From the NCBI GenBank assembly GCA_030704615.1, contig CM060731.1, positions 38,812,001 through 38,876,000 of the forward strand: DNA of 64,000 nucleotides. The letters are read 5' to 3'. The notes beneath the pieces were generated by a model that saw nothing but the letters and a program-made list of their open reading frames with translations, was not told where the DNA came from and did not search any database. This stretch comes from Takakia lepidozioides (Eukaryota > Plantae > Bryophyta). Shown here piece after piece: positions 13,460 to 26,900 of this stretch (the first letter of the stretch is position 1; each line of letters begins with the position of its first letter). A program made the position numbers and the translations under genes.

Positions 13460-13640
13460 TCACTCCGACCTACTGCAAATTGCAAAGTTGAGTACAGAAC
13501 CCATATATTGCAGTTTTCAACTTGAAGGTGCAATTTAACAGTAGCAAGCCTTGTCGCCGTGCACTGATTTTCATAGACCAACTCCTGGGGGAAGACCGCA
13601 GTGAATCATTTTCTGCCGGTTAGATATATATGTATTTTTG

Positions 13641-14363
13641 CTACGCCCTCCGCGTTCCCGTTTTGTTCTTATACTTGGGAACAGTATCGGGCAAGAAATC
13701 GACCAAGTGGAATTTTTCATCGCGTGGCCTGGTCTGCCTTTCATGAATGGCAAAATCAATGAAAGGTTCACGCCAGGATGGTGTAAGTCCAAGTGGCCAT
13801 TCCTGTTACTTGTTCGTTAACATGTAGGATCAGATAACAACAGGTTACTGGTAAAAGTGAGTACACTTCTACACTCACATATGAGCGCGCCCCGCAACAT
13901 CAATCACACCACACGGTCTGTGGAAGCCGTAGATCAATTTGGGAAAGAAGGGAGGTGGACAGACAACTTCTTTCTACCGGAATTTAGATTTTTGCGACTC
14001 AAGCTGGATCTCTTTCCATGGAGTGATCTGAGGTATCCAGGCCCTCGGCAAGATTTCCTTGTTTACTGATCACCTACAACGAGCCTTTCAAGTTGACAAG
14101 CGATGCGGACTCATGCTGGTGGCACACTTTGCTCTGACATTAAGTCTGAAACAATCAAGACATACCTTGGGAATGAGCAGCTCCAAGGTGCTACGATCAG
14201 GTTCGGTAGTAGTGCGAATGTCCTTCGCCTTGGATGCGGACTTAGCCGCTGGTGTGGAAGAGACAGGCGCAGCTGCAACGGATCTGGGCTGAGGCTGTGC
14301 CCTAGACGCCACCGCATTCCCACTCCGATCCCTGCTTGCACACTTTCCCCCGCCTTTCCCCAT
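13641..14363 (-). CDS. Small spliced ORF or uORF of unknown function upstream of the giant gene (exon structure uncertain)
   Basis: Acceptor ttgcag|GG-ATG, then 14363-14166 (MGKGGGKCAS...LELLIPK) ending at a strong AAG|gtatgt donor. Further exon-like blocks start at 14073 and at 13802-13641 (EWPLGLTPSWREPFIDF...TRRA*). The simplest splice gives 90 aa with a stop at 13999. Confidence 0.35.
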
Positions 14364-15559
14364 CCCTGCAAATCTATTCTATCCAGATAACAAACTCGAA
14401 TACACACTGATATATATGATCTACAGGTCTACTACTAAATCCCCCAAAACTTCGACAGTCCAAGTCTTGAGTTCAGTCGATCAAAAACGTTACCCGTTCG
14501 AACCTTTTACTATATGCAGAGACACAGACTCGCAAGCTTTACCAAATTGATTCAATTCGGGGAACACAAAAGAGATGTACACAGGAAATTTGGTATGTGC
14601 GATGAGCGCGTCTGAGAAATGCCACCGGGACTTGATATGGTTACAGCTAAAGTTTTGATATACAACAATTCACGATATAGATCCGATGCTTCGTAGAACA
14701 AATGATTACCGTATGTTTCTTGGCAAACTCTGCGTGCAAGAGACCGCACGAAGCTGTCCTAGGTGTGAAACGGAGCAGGGAGATAAATCCTCACTGTATT
14801 GCGGGCGTGCCGTTTGAAGAAAATCAGTTACACAGAATTACACAGAACTTCCAGAGGCCGAATTGCCTTAGATGTTCAAATATAAGGCCAGAGATCTTTT
14901 CAGGTCCCGGGATGAACCTGAGATCAGCTCTGAAGCTTTCCCTGCACACTTGCTCGCACCTGAATAGTACGAGCACCAATCTGCAGATAAATCTCGTAAG
15001 ACGGAACTCAATATGTGTGTACGTAATCTATACGCTCACACGAGGTTCAGAGAACTGAACACAGAGAAAAGTGCGACACAGAACAAAGGAAACAAAATGG
15101 ATCTTTGAACACGGACAAGTGTCGAATTTACCTCAGTTACGAACTCAGTTTGAATGACTAATACATTTGTTTGCAATTTAAAAAATATGCAAACGCTCGG
15201 ACGTCTCCCACGTTATCCGGCTGCTTGAGGAGCTGTTCCGCTAAAATTGGACAGTTCTCCCCCTGAACGATCAGCAAGAAGCAGGAAAATCGGCGACGGT
15301 AAAGAAAACCTGCACTACAGATTCAACGAAATGCAATTTGTTTGTATTGTTTACAGTCTGAATGCTTGACAGGCAGGCGGGAAAATGAGACACAGAGCTC
15401 AGACGCACAATGATTTCCAAGAGAGTCTAATGCGATCTATCGGCTTGCATGAAAAAAATAAGCAAGCTTGCCTAATGCTGCAGACTGAAGAGCTTAGACA
15501 CGGTATGTGTTGTTTTGCGAAGCGCTGGTATCGAGCCGTTGTCTTGTTTCGAAAAATAG

Positions 15560-16060
15560 ATCAGAAAGGGAGGAAAAAGAGATAGAGATCGAGATCGAGA
15601 GAGAAGGGGATGCCTGAAGCAAGATTGTTCCTGGCTTCGGAGGAAGGAGGAGAAGGTATACTGTACGCACCGGGACCCAGAGGTCGGTTTACTTTGACTC
15701 TCTTCTTGCAACCCAAGATTAGCCAAACCCTCTGTGTTGACCTGCAATATCCCGTCTCCCGGTTATCACTCAAGGCACCTAACCAATCCCCTCCGTGAGA
15801 AAACCCACCAACCTTAAAACTGGCCGCCCTAACCACGAATTACGCCTTTTAGGGCAGCCACGACATGCTATCGCCAGTCGCATGTCGGTCGAGTAGGTTT
15901 GGGGGGCCCCTGGGGTCACCGCCTGAAAACCCTGGTAAGTGGGGCTGGTGATAAGGGGAACGAGGGGCTGCGCACAGCTGGGCGGCAGGCCTGGGCCCCG
16001 CCGGGCGGGAGGCGCCAGGGGTCCGCCCGGGTGTCTGAAAGGCCGACCAGGCTTTGCAGA
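15560..16060 (-). promoter_or_regulatory. Probable promoter/5' leader of the minus-strand locus (CT-rich tract on the minus strand plus GC-rich island)
   Basis: GA-rich run at ~15565-15610 (CT-rich on the minus strand, typical of plant 5'UTRs) followed by a very GC-rich block at 15850-16060. Confidence 0.3.
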
Positions 16061-19000
16061 GGAGTAACTGCTTAACGAAACTGCTCAACGCTGTTCTAAC
16101 GGACGTAGTTTTCTGATTCATCTTTAGCATGTATGTACCCCCCCCCTCATCACAACTTTGAGGGAAGGAAAAGCTGGAGTTTAGATACTATATTCCCAGG
16201 ACCTTTGCGATGATCTAGAGGAAAGCATTTGTACAATCTCCGGGTACGTTTACGCTTAGTTGGCAACCACATTTCGAAAACGGATTGTAACCGCACTGTA
16301 GCGATGTCTCAAATAGTTACTGTGTCAAAATTCAACAGTTTATATCATGATCTCTCCAGGATTGGAACCAGTCAAACTTTTCTGGAGAGCTCCCACAAAT
16401 TAGGTAGATGCATTTTCGTCTTCAGGGTTATGGTTTCAAGCATCCCATTTAAAAGTAAATAAGCTCGACAGCAGTTGTCGGTTTTGGGCTCTGTGGAACC
16501 GATCGCCATTCTGGCAAAGCACGTCGGCACATGGCTGGAGGGTCCTGAGAGTGACCAGTTAAATCCGCAATATAAGCTTAATGCACACGCCTATCCTTAA
16601 GTACATTTGGTCACACTTCTGTACTCTTTTTCAAGCTTCTTTCTGTAATTGCGGGTAGATTATGATATACATGCGTGTAGGTCTCTGAGACCTTGAATAT
16701 GATATGTGACAGCCATTCCCCTTATTGAATCCGCAATATCTAAGCCATCTAAAACGAAGTCATGACCAACCGTACCCGTACCACCTTTCATAAAAAGGTG
16801 TGGAACGATGAAGAGCTTGTAGTTAGGTGATTTAAATACTCTTACGGTTTGCATTTGAGGGCCCGGCCTGCCAATAATACAAAATTGAAGCAGAGCACAT
16901 GGTGAATCATTCCAGGCTGCAGATAGTGCAGGGGACTGTCCTGGCATCCACACTATTCGTGCTAATCAGCCATTTCTACAGGAAATTACGAGTGGATAGT
17001 TGCATAAGGGAAAACATCTGTGAGGTATTGAAATGAGATCATGAAGTTTAACAGCAATTCATGTACGTAAACCCCACAAAACACTTACGAGTGTGTAAGA
17101 TTATTGAGAAAGGCGTTTGTCTGTTTGTTTGTTTAACGTCCAAGAGAGAGTGTTGGAAGGGTCACAGCCTGGGTGGAAGTGGTGCAAGGGCGGTTTGATA
17201 TGGACAGAGGGAACCGATCGTGCTGGACCACCTGCCATGCCTGGCTGACGCTCTTCACGTGTAACTTATTCCCAGACTGGCTTGGAGCTCAGCTCATCGC
17301 CATTTGACTCTGTCTACCGAGTCACTAGTCACTAAGTTAATCATATAAAGTTTGGCATGTTTGGTCTGGTATCAGACGGATGAATTTTGAAGGAGAAGTG
17401 AGGGGCATTTCACATCATGCTTGGCTCGGCCAGTCAAGACTCAAGAGTCACGAGTCACGCCTGTGGAGAAAACCTTCCCCCAATTTGCTAGTGTATTCTA
17501 ATTTCTGGGGCCCTCGCTTTAGGGCAATAATATTTTGTGCATAAAGTGTGGGTCTCTAACCGTACAGGTGAGGGTTTTCCACAATTAAAGGCCCTCAAAA
17601 TACACTAAAACTGTGCTTTACAGATGTTGGTAATCATTTTGAATTTGAATCCCACTGTCATACCCTTGCGTAATACTTTCCTACCAAAATCCTGCATCAT
17701 ATCTTAACTCATATATCCTATCCTAAATTGTATTCCAATATATACCATCAACTCATAAATTATGATACAATTTTATTTCTGTTAATTTCTCCCATCATCA
17801 TGCCGATCACACACCAGTGTTGGGAGGTTTTTTGATTCAGCTACAAACCCCGGGGTGTTATCAATAAGGTTACATGGATATGTAACTGCGGTTCTCAAAA
17901 AAGCAAAGAACTGGCAAAGGCTCATACCCGCTGGTTTGGTAGTTCTGAATAAAACAGCCTGAAAACTGTCAAAGATCCTCCAAGTTAAGACCTACCGGTT
18001 ATTTGATGGAACCTGTGGGTTGTTTGAGATTAACCAGAACAGGTGGTTTTTCCCATAAAAAAAAATCTAAGTCTGTGGAATTCAAGCTACTCCTTTTTTC
18101 GACCGGTGAATTGAAGCTTTGGCTGATAAAATCTAAAAACAGATTTCAATCTCGGTTTTTGGGGCCATTTGCACGGCATGAACCAGGGATGAAATGCCTC
18201 TTGCGCCCCTCAAACACGCCATGGATGTGACAATGAAGGTGGCCAAATCGAAGAGAAGAGGAGTAGGGCCCAAAGGATGACGCGACCTCACCTCCACTTT
18301 TGTCTCCCTCGATATTATTGCATTGGTGTGGGCAAGTTGGTGGGTCGGTCAGTGTGACCCCACTACAAACTCAATGCGGCGCAATAGGCCGCCATTAAAT
18401 ACTTGGAGCCCAAGGCAGTTCTCAAGCTCCCAGAACTAGGAGACAACGCCGACCATTCCCCCCTGACTGGGTCTTCGTTTACCCCTTCCATCCCCTGCTT
18501 TTCTTGATAGCACACTTTTAGTCTATTTTCCACCGTCCATTTGCTATGTACTACCCCACTGAACCCTTTTTGTAGAGATATACAAAAATAATAAAGAAGA
18601 AGAAACCCCTTTGAATATTGTATTGGGTGGTGTAATTGCTTCAACTTTGACAGCTACTAAAAGTTTAGGTATAGGGGGCGAAAGAGGGAAAAAAAAATGA
18701 TGGATGTCATGTAGAACATCAAATACTCTTTTCTATGCCTAAATGTCTTGAAAGTGCAAAACTCCATCACATAATTTGCATAGACCCTCCTTTCTTTTTT
18801 TTGACTGTTTCCTTGGAAACCAAAAAATCCTGGGAGCGACTGCCCACAATTTTTGTTTTCCGAAAAGGAACTCTCTACTAAATTACTGGATATTGTTAAA
18901 ACTATAAGTCTTCTTTCCTTTTTTTCTTTTTTTTTTTTTTTTGGTCATATGTGAGGTGCCAGCCGGATGCCCGGATACCTTAGTTATTTATGAGTTGGAG

Positions 19001-22000
19001 GGCAGGAATCTAGTGTACATTGGGGACTGGGGTTTCTGAAGTGCCATGGAAATTCAGGAGGATTAGGAAACAGAATCATCTGTCCCTCTATCCGATGGCT
19101 TATTCGTCAGGGCCCTGCCGGAATTAGAAGAAGATTAACAAAAAGGAAAAAAAGAAGAAGAAGAGGGGTTACGTCTTTACAGGCTGCTTATGTGCAATTT
19201 GGAGAGGCCTGCACCTGCCACTATGGTGGGTTTGGACTTTGGACTGGCCCAAGGGTACCTAAGGGTAAAAATATTTAGAGAGTATCACTTTGCAAATAGG
19301 AAAAACTACATAACTTGGGCATATTTTGAGCACTTTAATGCTGGTGTCACTCACCAGCATTTATTCTGGAAGAAACCTGGTCGGTTCTCTTTCACCTGTG
19401 GGATCCCACCATTAAAAAATAACCATAACTCGTCCCACTCTAGAGAAATCACACTCACAACTGTGGCTCAGCATAAGGCTTTGTCTCCTCTTGAGCTGGA
19501 GCCAGCTCAGCAGTCGCACCCTACATGTGGGTGTTGCATAAGATTTATGTAATTTTGTCACTTATTGTGAGGTCCACTTTCAAATTCAGTCTGACAGTTC
19601 CGAATTTCGACCACCCAAAATACTGGAAAAAACTACAAAATATAGGTCGGAAGTTGGGATCTGAAAAAAATTTCAATCCAAAGACGCCACATAAGTAAAG
19701 TTAAATGCCACATGGACAATTGGTTGAAACTGGATGAAACATGCCACCCACACATTACTAAAAGTATACTGTTACACATGTAGGGCAGAGTCACATTATG
19801 TACATTACAGTACCAATAATTGGGATGAGTAAGGGAGGGGTCAATATTGATGCATCACAGGTAGAGTTTATCTTGGTGGCTAAAGTACTTGATGCCCATG
19901 AAATACTTCTCCCAGGATTTGCTCCATACAATAAAAGGCTCTCATGTGAGCACGATTATTTTGAAACCTGAATGCAGTCACAATCATGTGCAAGCACCTT
20001 ACATGTGACCCCACCCTTACACACACAGATTTTGTAATGTTCACATGACAGCAAAGACAGGCAAATTAGTTACACTGGGCCACCAACTTTATAGGAGTGG
20101 ATGTTGATCGCCAGAGTTTCAAGACCTGCCTGTTTGGAGATCTGTCCCATCACATGAACACGTATTTATCTGGAGTATCTGCCGCAATCTCTGAAGATGT
20201 ACCCACATATGGTTTAGTAATAGTGTTTGACAGTGTTAAGCAGTAAGTAGTGGAGTAGTGTTTGACACTACTTAGTGTTTGATGGGTTCATGATCTTGAT
20301 CATATAACACGTACGAAATTCGAGGAAGCATGGCCAGTAGCCCTCACATATCGGATATTTTTCATGGGTCGTTTCCATTAGTGTCATTCTTACCTGCGAG
20401 ATGTGTGCAAAGCTGGGTTTGAGGGTGTCAAATAGTGATGAAATTGGAGAGCCGTATGGGAGGGAGTCTTGACATGGTCGTCGTCCTTGGTGGGCCACAG
20501 TGAGCACAAAGGCTGCGTGGGCGGTGGAGCGGGGCATCCCGATGATGCCAACCGTGACTGTGGCCAAGTACCCACCACATTCCTCCTCTTTCCACTCTCT
20601 GGAGTACTGTGCTGTTACTCCACTTCCTTTGGTTTTCTCTTCAAAAATTACCTGTCTCTTAATGATGCTTGCATTACGCTCTGAGGCTAATCCATAAACT
20701 AGGAACCAAATCCCTCCTCATAAACTCAGTAAGAAACAGAAGGTGGATAACGCTGCAGTGGTTTTCACTTTGAGTATAGACGATCTACATCTCAGGCCGC
20801 CAATGCATGCAGCTTAACCACTGATATGCTCCTCCGTGACATTGGAAAACATGAAGGATTGGAACATGAGCCAGGAGTCAGGACCCGACATCCCATTCAA
20901 GTGCCTTTGGCAGATTCCTTCTACAATCTGCTCTACGGCACTGGACAATTATTTTACATCTCTACTGGCTAGTGTACATCTACTAGCCGAGCCTGTACTG
21001 CCAGTTGCAATATTCTCGATGGGAGTTTATTTGGCCATGCATGGGCCTAATACCGAGATCTGGTGTCCACGGAAAGCTCAGCATTTGCTCTGCTTACGAG
21101 GTATCTCTCTCTCCTGCCGGGCTGACCCCTCTCTCCTGTGCCGGTTAGTCCGCGTGCGTTGATGGATTTCGTCTTGCGCGTCTCCACCTTCTAAAAAACA
21201 GGTCCGTGGATATGTACAAGTGATGATTCCTATAAGTACTAAATAGAAACATGCAAGTCAACATTGTCTCTCAGGACGGTGGTAGCAGAGATCTAAGCTT
21301 CTCTGAATTTTTTCTGAAGTAGACAAATTACAGCCAAGGCTCGCAATATCGGAGCTCGTGTAGAGGCCGCATGCAGCTCCAAGACATTGTCGAAGAAATG
21401 TGTGTTTTGTATGCATGCTACATGCTTGTGAGGCATCTCTCGTCATGATCACACATTTTATGCCTTTATAATTTAAACTTGCAATGTAGCATTAAACCTT
21501 GAAAGTGTTTGTAGTAGTCGAGAGATCAAGAATTCCAATGGAACGTCGTGTCCCGTCTGTCTAACTCTGCTGAAGACGGTGGCGGATCTTTGCAGCGTCA
21601 TATACTTGAACTTCAACACGTCAGGTTTGCGAGAGTATCGTATTCATGTGTGCAACCACAGCCACATGGGAGAGATATATAGCATGTATACCGTAACTTA
21701 TCCATCATAACTCTTAATATCCTTTAGAAGTTAAACATACCTGTAGTGGCTTGTCATGCCTATGCAATGTGCAGTTTGGGTCTATCTCGTAATCTCGTAA
21801 GGTGGATTGTATATTTTCAACCCCTATCCAGATTAACCATCTGAATTGGGGTGTCCTGATCCCCAAATATTTGAACGAACGCCACACATTCGAAATGAGC
21901 TACAGATCCTTGGGCTTCAAGTAGTCACCAAGTTCAATTAGGGGGCAGATGCTTGCCAGGTTTTGAATAGCGAACTACAAGAGTTATATATGAGGTTTGC

Positions 22001-22339
22001 GAACATAGTCTTTCTGGTCTCTCAAAGTTTGTATGGCAGTGGGAAAAACTTGAACTGAGAAGATTCTCTAAACGGGAAGGAAGTACCCTGATCCGTTGCA
22101 CGGGGTTGCATTTCTGAGACGGGGAACAAATGGAATGAGAAAGAAGCTCTCCAGCGTAGGTCTGTCCCTGCACCCTTATTTCACGCCTTTCCTCTCTTTG
22201 AGGTACCCACTTCTGAGATTGTGAGATGCCAAAGATTGTGATAAGAGTAGTTCTAGGCTTGGAATTATGAGACATTATAATTCATCATTGGCGAGTCAAT
22301 GTGGTTGGATGCCAACTTCTCATTTGAGGGCAGGATAGT

Positions 22340-22500
22340 ACTGTATAGGGCTGTGACATGTGGCCTTTGGGGCTGTGATAGGCTGAGGCTTGTGGGGCTG
22401 TGATCCTGTGACCTGTGTAGGGCTGTGACAGGTTGTGGCTTGTGTGGGGATGTGACGGCTGTGACCAATGAGCTATGTGGGTCTGTGGGACGAAAACTTC
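22340..22500. repeat. Degenerate GGCTGTGA minisatellite
   Basis: Many imperfect copies of (g)gctgtga / tgtgg. Confidence 0.6.
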
Positions 22501-23372
22501 CACATGCATAGTTGGGAATGCAATGGAACATTTAGAATGTTTGATTGTTTGATGTGCAGTGGCTGTTTCTGGCCAATCTATTTTGATTACACGAGAGGGC
22601 AACGTGAATCCTCATCCTTGGCATTGGTATTGTGGATGGCAGGAACAATGAAGCAACTCAATGTCTGTTCTCAGAATGTGTGTTGTCTCCGTTCTTCTGG
22701 TGGCACTGTTTCCATTCATCCTTCTTTGCTGTGTCAATGTTACCTTTTGGAAGGAATTTGAGCAAATAGATTATCTGCAATACATGGGCGTCCACTTTCT
22801 ATGCTCAACAGTGATATTGATCAAATAATTTGCAGAGCTGCTACCTCGTTTATCTCCCCCTCGCAGGAGAATCCAGACCTGTGGTGGGTGAGGAATTGGG
22901 GGTAGGGTTTAAGCAGACAAGAAGCCAATTACGTATCAACCTCAAAACCAGATTCCAGGCATCATGAATAAGCGACTACTAAATGCAACAATCCTAATGC
23001 CGAATGTCTCACAAGGCACACTGGTCAGCCATTCTGAGCCTGGGCCTAGCAGAACTTCACGCGCAAAAACACACCAACTATCTCTCAGTCCAATTCAAAA
23101 GCATGCTTTTCCCACCGAAGGAGGTCAATGGAACGAGCACCCATTGCCCGGGAAGCTCTCAGTGAGATTAGGGCACAGCAAAAGATCACGTCCCCTCAAG
23201 AACATAAGTAACGTTTAAATTTATGAGGCGTGAAACGGAAGTAACTTGTACGTTCCCAGCTGCTCGCACAAAGAAGGGTTCCAAAAGCGCCTGTGCCATC
23301 TTCGCCTCTCGAGATGTTGTACCCGCTGGGTTTTATTCAAATTAACAATGCTTTGAGCAAAATGTACTTCAA

Positions 23373-25292
23373 ATGAAGCATGCTCACATGGAGAGTATCG
23401 ACGATGGACTTCGGCGCCCTCTATCCGGAAAACAGCTGGAACATATGCTCAAATCCCTTTCCAGGTTAGTTCTTTCGAAAGTACTGAGTGAAGAATCCGG
23501 TGAGCTTGTGTAGACTGGCTGCTGTATTCGATTTGTGTCACCTCATTCACCATCAGTTTCTGTCATCTTTGGGAGACCAGATTTGTACGCAGATTTGTTT
23601 GTATTTTTATCCTTTCTTGGGCGGTTGGAATTTCCTGTTAATGCAAAAGATCAGTGGAGTTTGAATGCCATGGGTGTTAACTCAGGGCTATCGATATTGT
23701 GCTGGAGGCCAAGGATGGAGAATCGTTTCCTAAGAAGGTCAAGAAAAGTGGGAAACAGTGTCTGGTTAGAGGATTAAAGGTAATGCCCCAAGCTCTTTTC
23801 AATATTGACAGTGAGTAGCATATACTTGTTTTCTACGGATTGTCTTCTAACAGTGAGGATCCTGAACAGGACTATTTGTGTGTTGGCGTCAATAATGTGA
23901 CTCGCGCTTTGGAAAAGTCTTCTGCCAGCAACCCCGCAGGTGTGACAGAAGGGGAACCAGAGACAAAACGCTTGAAGACAGACCATGAAGCAGACGAGAT
24001 GGTGAACTTGGGGCAGTCTTCCAATCCACAAGACCTGAATGTTACGCAATTGCAGGTTAGTGGCTTGCATTAGTCGTTCACTGGGATTCTGTCTCCCGGT
24101 ACCCCTCTATTGTCAACTTTTCTATCAACAATTTACTTCTCAGAAGAATTTATTTCTGATAATGCTCATTGTTGTTGACGGCATGGGCCTATGTACTAGG
24201 GGCCGCATGGTATTAGGTTAAGTCGAGTGTGGTGTGAATGGTTTGATTGGAATATTCAGATCTTGGGGTTCTGTGAGGCCAAGCCTAGGCTCACATTCCA
24301 AAGATGAAGGTCTGAAGGAGGATTTGCACAGATAAAAGGGAATAATTATGGTTCTTTGGATAAGCTCACATTTGAGAGAAAGAGAGAGCTTACCATTTGA
24401 CAGAGTGGGCGGATAGACAGTTTGAAATATAGTGTGTGAGGGGGGGATGTATGTAGGCAGTGGTGGTGGCCATGGAGGTGCATCCACGGGTGCTGGTCCA
24501 CCATGTGGCATTGCTGTGTGCGAGCCGAGCAGTACCACTTCTACCCATAATTGGAGGTGATGGTTGTGGGTCCCTGCGACTGGGAGAGCTGCTGGGGACA
24601 CGAACTGCAATTGCAATTGGAATCAAGGTTGGACTAGAAGTTATGTCATTAAAATATCTATGTTTTGAGACTGGCTGTGTTCTACAAGGGGAGATACCTA
24701 CAAACTCCTCTATCATGACCCATTACTTTGGATGGACATAGTTTGTTGCTTAATTTTTAAAGTATTTGGAGTCAATGTCCATTAAAGCACCCTTCTTTTG
24801 ATTGGCTGTCTTCGATTGTCAATGCTATTAAATCAGCTTGTGTGTAGTTATTCGCACCCAACTATGTATTCCACCATTATCAGTGACTGCCATTGAGGAG
24901 ATGCCACATAGGTTTTCCCTAAATTTGTTACACAGTGTCTTGGTAAAGCATTGAGGGTAATTCCTTCTCCATTATTTCTCTCTGTCAACCAGGTGCTGCA
25001 CCCTTCTCAAGTTTGCTCATAAAACTTCCAGGTTTATTTAAACTACATGAATCAAAGGTCTGAAACTATTTTAACAGTTTCGTGATTCCTGGTTGCTAAA
25101 TATGTAATTCCAAAGTTGAATACTGTCAAGGGGGCGGGCTGGAGACTGTGGACTTTGAGGCTTAAGGATTGGCAAACATGGCTGACACTGAATTTGACTT
25201 TTGGACTGTAAATACTGCTCGGTTTTGCACAGAAGGGGGAGTCTGCAATTAATTGGGCAATACAGTCTACCTTGGAGACACAGTTGAAGTGA
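23373..25292 (+). CDS. RPP38: L7Ae-family protein, RNase P/MRP subunit RPP38/Pop3-like (~200 aa, 5 exons)
   Basis: Exons 23373-23464, 23686-23779, 23870-24055, 24457-24627 and 25233-25292, all GT-AG and phase-consistent (603 nt). Motifs VGVNNVTRALEK, LQAVVVAMEVHPRVLVHHVALLCASRAVP and GSLRLGELLGTRTAIAIGIKKGESAIN match the plant RPP38-like L7Ae pattern. Confidence 0.85.
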
Positions 25293-26253
25293 AATTGCAG
25301 CAAAAACTGGAGCTCCATTGGGCTCCCAGCGGTCTTAGATGGAAACTTGGAGATGCGGAGCTAGGTCAGCAAATTTACGGTCATTGCAGGTACAGAGATG
25401 AAAGATGGACTATTACGATCTTGCACAACATTCTTATCTCTATCGCATTTAAGTGTCGGCCATCCATCTCTTGAAATGAAGCTGCATGTATGTCTGTTTA
25501 GGCCGTGTTTGCTCCGCACCCACTTGCAAAGGATCTATAATTCTGGGTGTTGGGGCTTCTTACACCATCCTATTTCCTGTGCCCCATTGCTGCTCGCCAT
25601 CTTGGAGATCTGTTAGTCAAATGTGGCTCGTGTACATGTTTTCAACAGATGTATTATGCCACATGTAAGTCCAGGGTCTTGCTTGTATGCATGGCAGATT
25701 TCAGAAAAAATCAGTCCCATGTATTGACTGGGGCTTTGCAGGAGTATCCTCAACATCCTCCCTGAGTCAACATGAGGCAGATGAAACCATCAGACACAGC
25801 AGTAGCTATCCAGAATGTAGTTGAGTTTTATAGTTCGTCTGGTTCTTCAGTTCTTTTAGAATTACTGGAGGACCATGTACTCCTTGCCCACATGGGCCTC
25901 TCTGCTAGACCTGCAAAATATTAGATGTTGCTGCGTTCTATTCCTGGCAGTGAACCAGTTACCTGTTTATATAAGAAGGTCCACTTGCTTTCTCACTGGA
26001 CTTTTGCACCCGTTGGGTTATTCTTCCTTGAGCATGGTTACAGATGTAGGAGCAAGTGAATAGTTAGGCTCATTTTGAATAGGTAGTTGACATATGGTGG
26101 AAGTCCTTCACAGTTGTACACAGCTGCTTAATTGTAACTGCTTCAGCCCTGGTTGATCAAGCAAAGTAGTTGAAAGTTGCACACAAGATATGATCAAACT
26201 CTTGACACCTCATGGATTATGGACAAATCAGATGGGGAGAGAGAGAGAGAGAA

Positions 26254-26560
26254 GGTACTCATAAGTCATTGTTTGTTGTAGCCTTGTGGCCATAGACCTC
26301 ACACTCAGGGCAGAACAAGAGGGAACAGACATTACCTACACTCAGTCCAGTAGTGGGACTTACCATGATATGAACCAATAATTTGTTCAGACTTTCCATA
26401 TTTCCTCTAGAAAGTACTTCACACAAGCATCAATGTGTTGTGTGTTATCTGCCCATGAGCAGTTAGATGCCAACAAGGCCTGGTCTTTAGCCTCAGCCTC
26501 AAGATTTTGGAAGTTTGTGGCGGGAGGTGCAGGGACGATGTTCTTGAAGAGGGTCCACCT
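26254..26560 (-). mobile_element. 3' fragment of an RTE/RTEX-like non-LTR retrotransposon (same family as 40995-42783)
   Basis: Encodes WADNTQHIDACVKYFLEEIW versus WANHTQQVDACVKGFLEDI in the long copy. Ends in ATGGCCACAAGGCTACAACAAACAATGACTTATGAGTACC followed by (TC)n. Confidence 0.8.
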
Positions 26561-26900
26561 AAGACCTATGAGCAAATGATAGGGGAAGGGGGGGTGCCAG
26601 AGATGGTCATTTGCACTCGCATTCTCAAGGTGTGTGCAGCCTGCAGGAGTGAAAAGTCTGGCAGACGGAATACATGTGGGCGACCCCATTATTGAAAGGG
26701 GATTGAAGGCAAACCATCTTTCTCCACATGCTATCAATACGGATGCCAAGTGCGGATTGTGATGGATGCACAGCCGCAAATGCCTGATTAGGAATGTCTA
26801 AATGGAATGTATGATAGCAGGATATGGCAGGATATGTGTACATGGGTGTGGAATGGAGGCCGTGATGTGGAGACGTGGATCACTGCTGAAATAGCTAAGG
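26560..26900 (+). pseudogene. Degenerate PLS-class PPR fragment
   Basis: KTYEQMIGEGGVPEMVICTRILKVCA resembles EIYEQMIRIGGTPDMVTFTCILNVCA; remnants of AKCG and atgatagcaggatatg...catgggtgtggaatggaggc (MIAGY..HGCGMEA) with frameshifts. Confidence 0.7.

Noticed and set aside
18361-21515. CACTA element (CACTACAAAC at 18361; GTTTGTAGTA at ~21507)
   Set aside because: The terminal base mismatches, there is no 3-bp TSD, and I found no recognisable transposase between the ends.
21750-22330. Coding-like decayed sequence, possibly a transposase
   Set aside because: Stops in all frames and no convincing motif.
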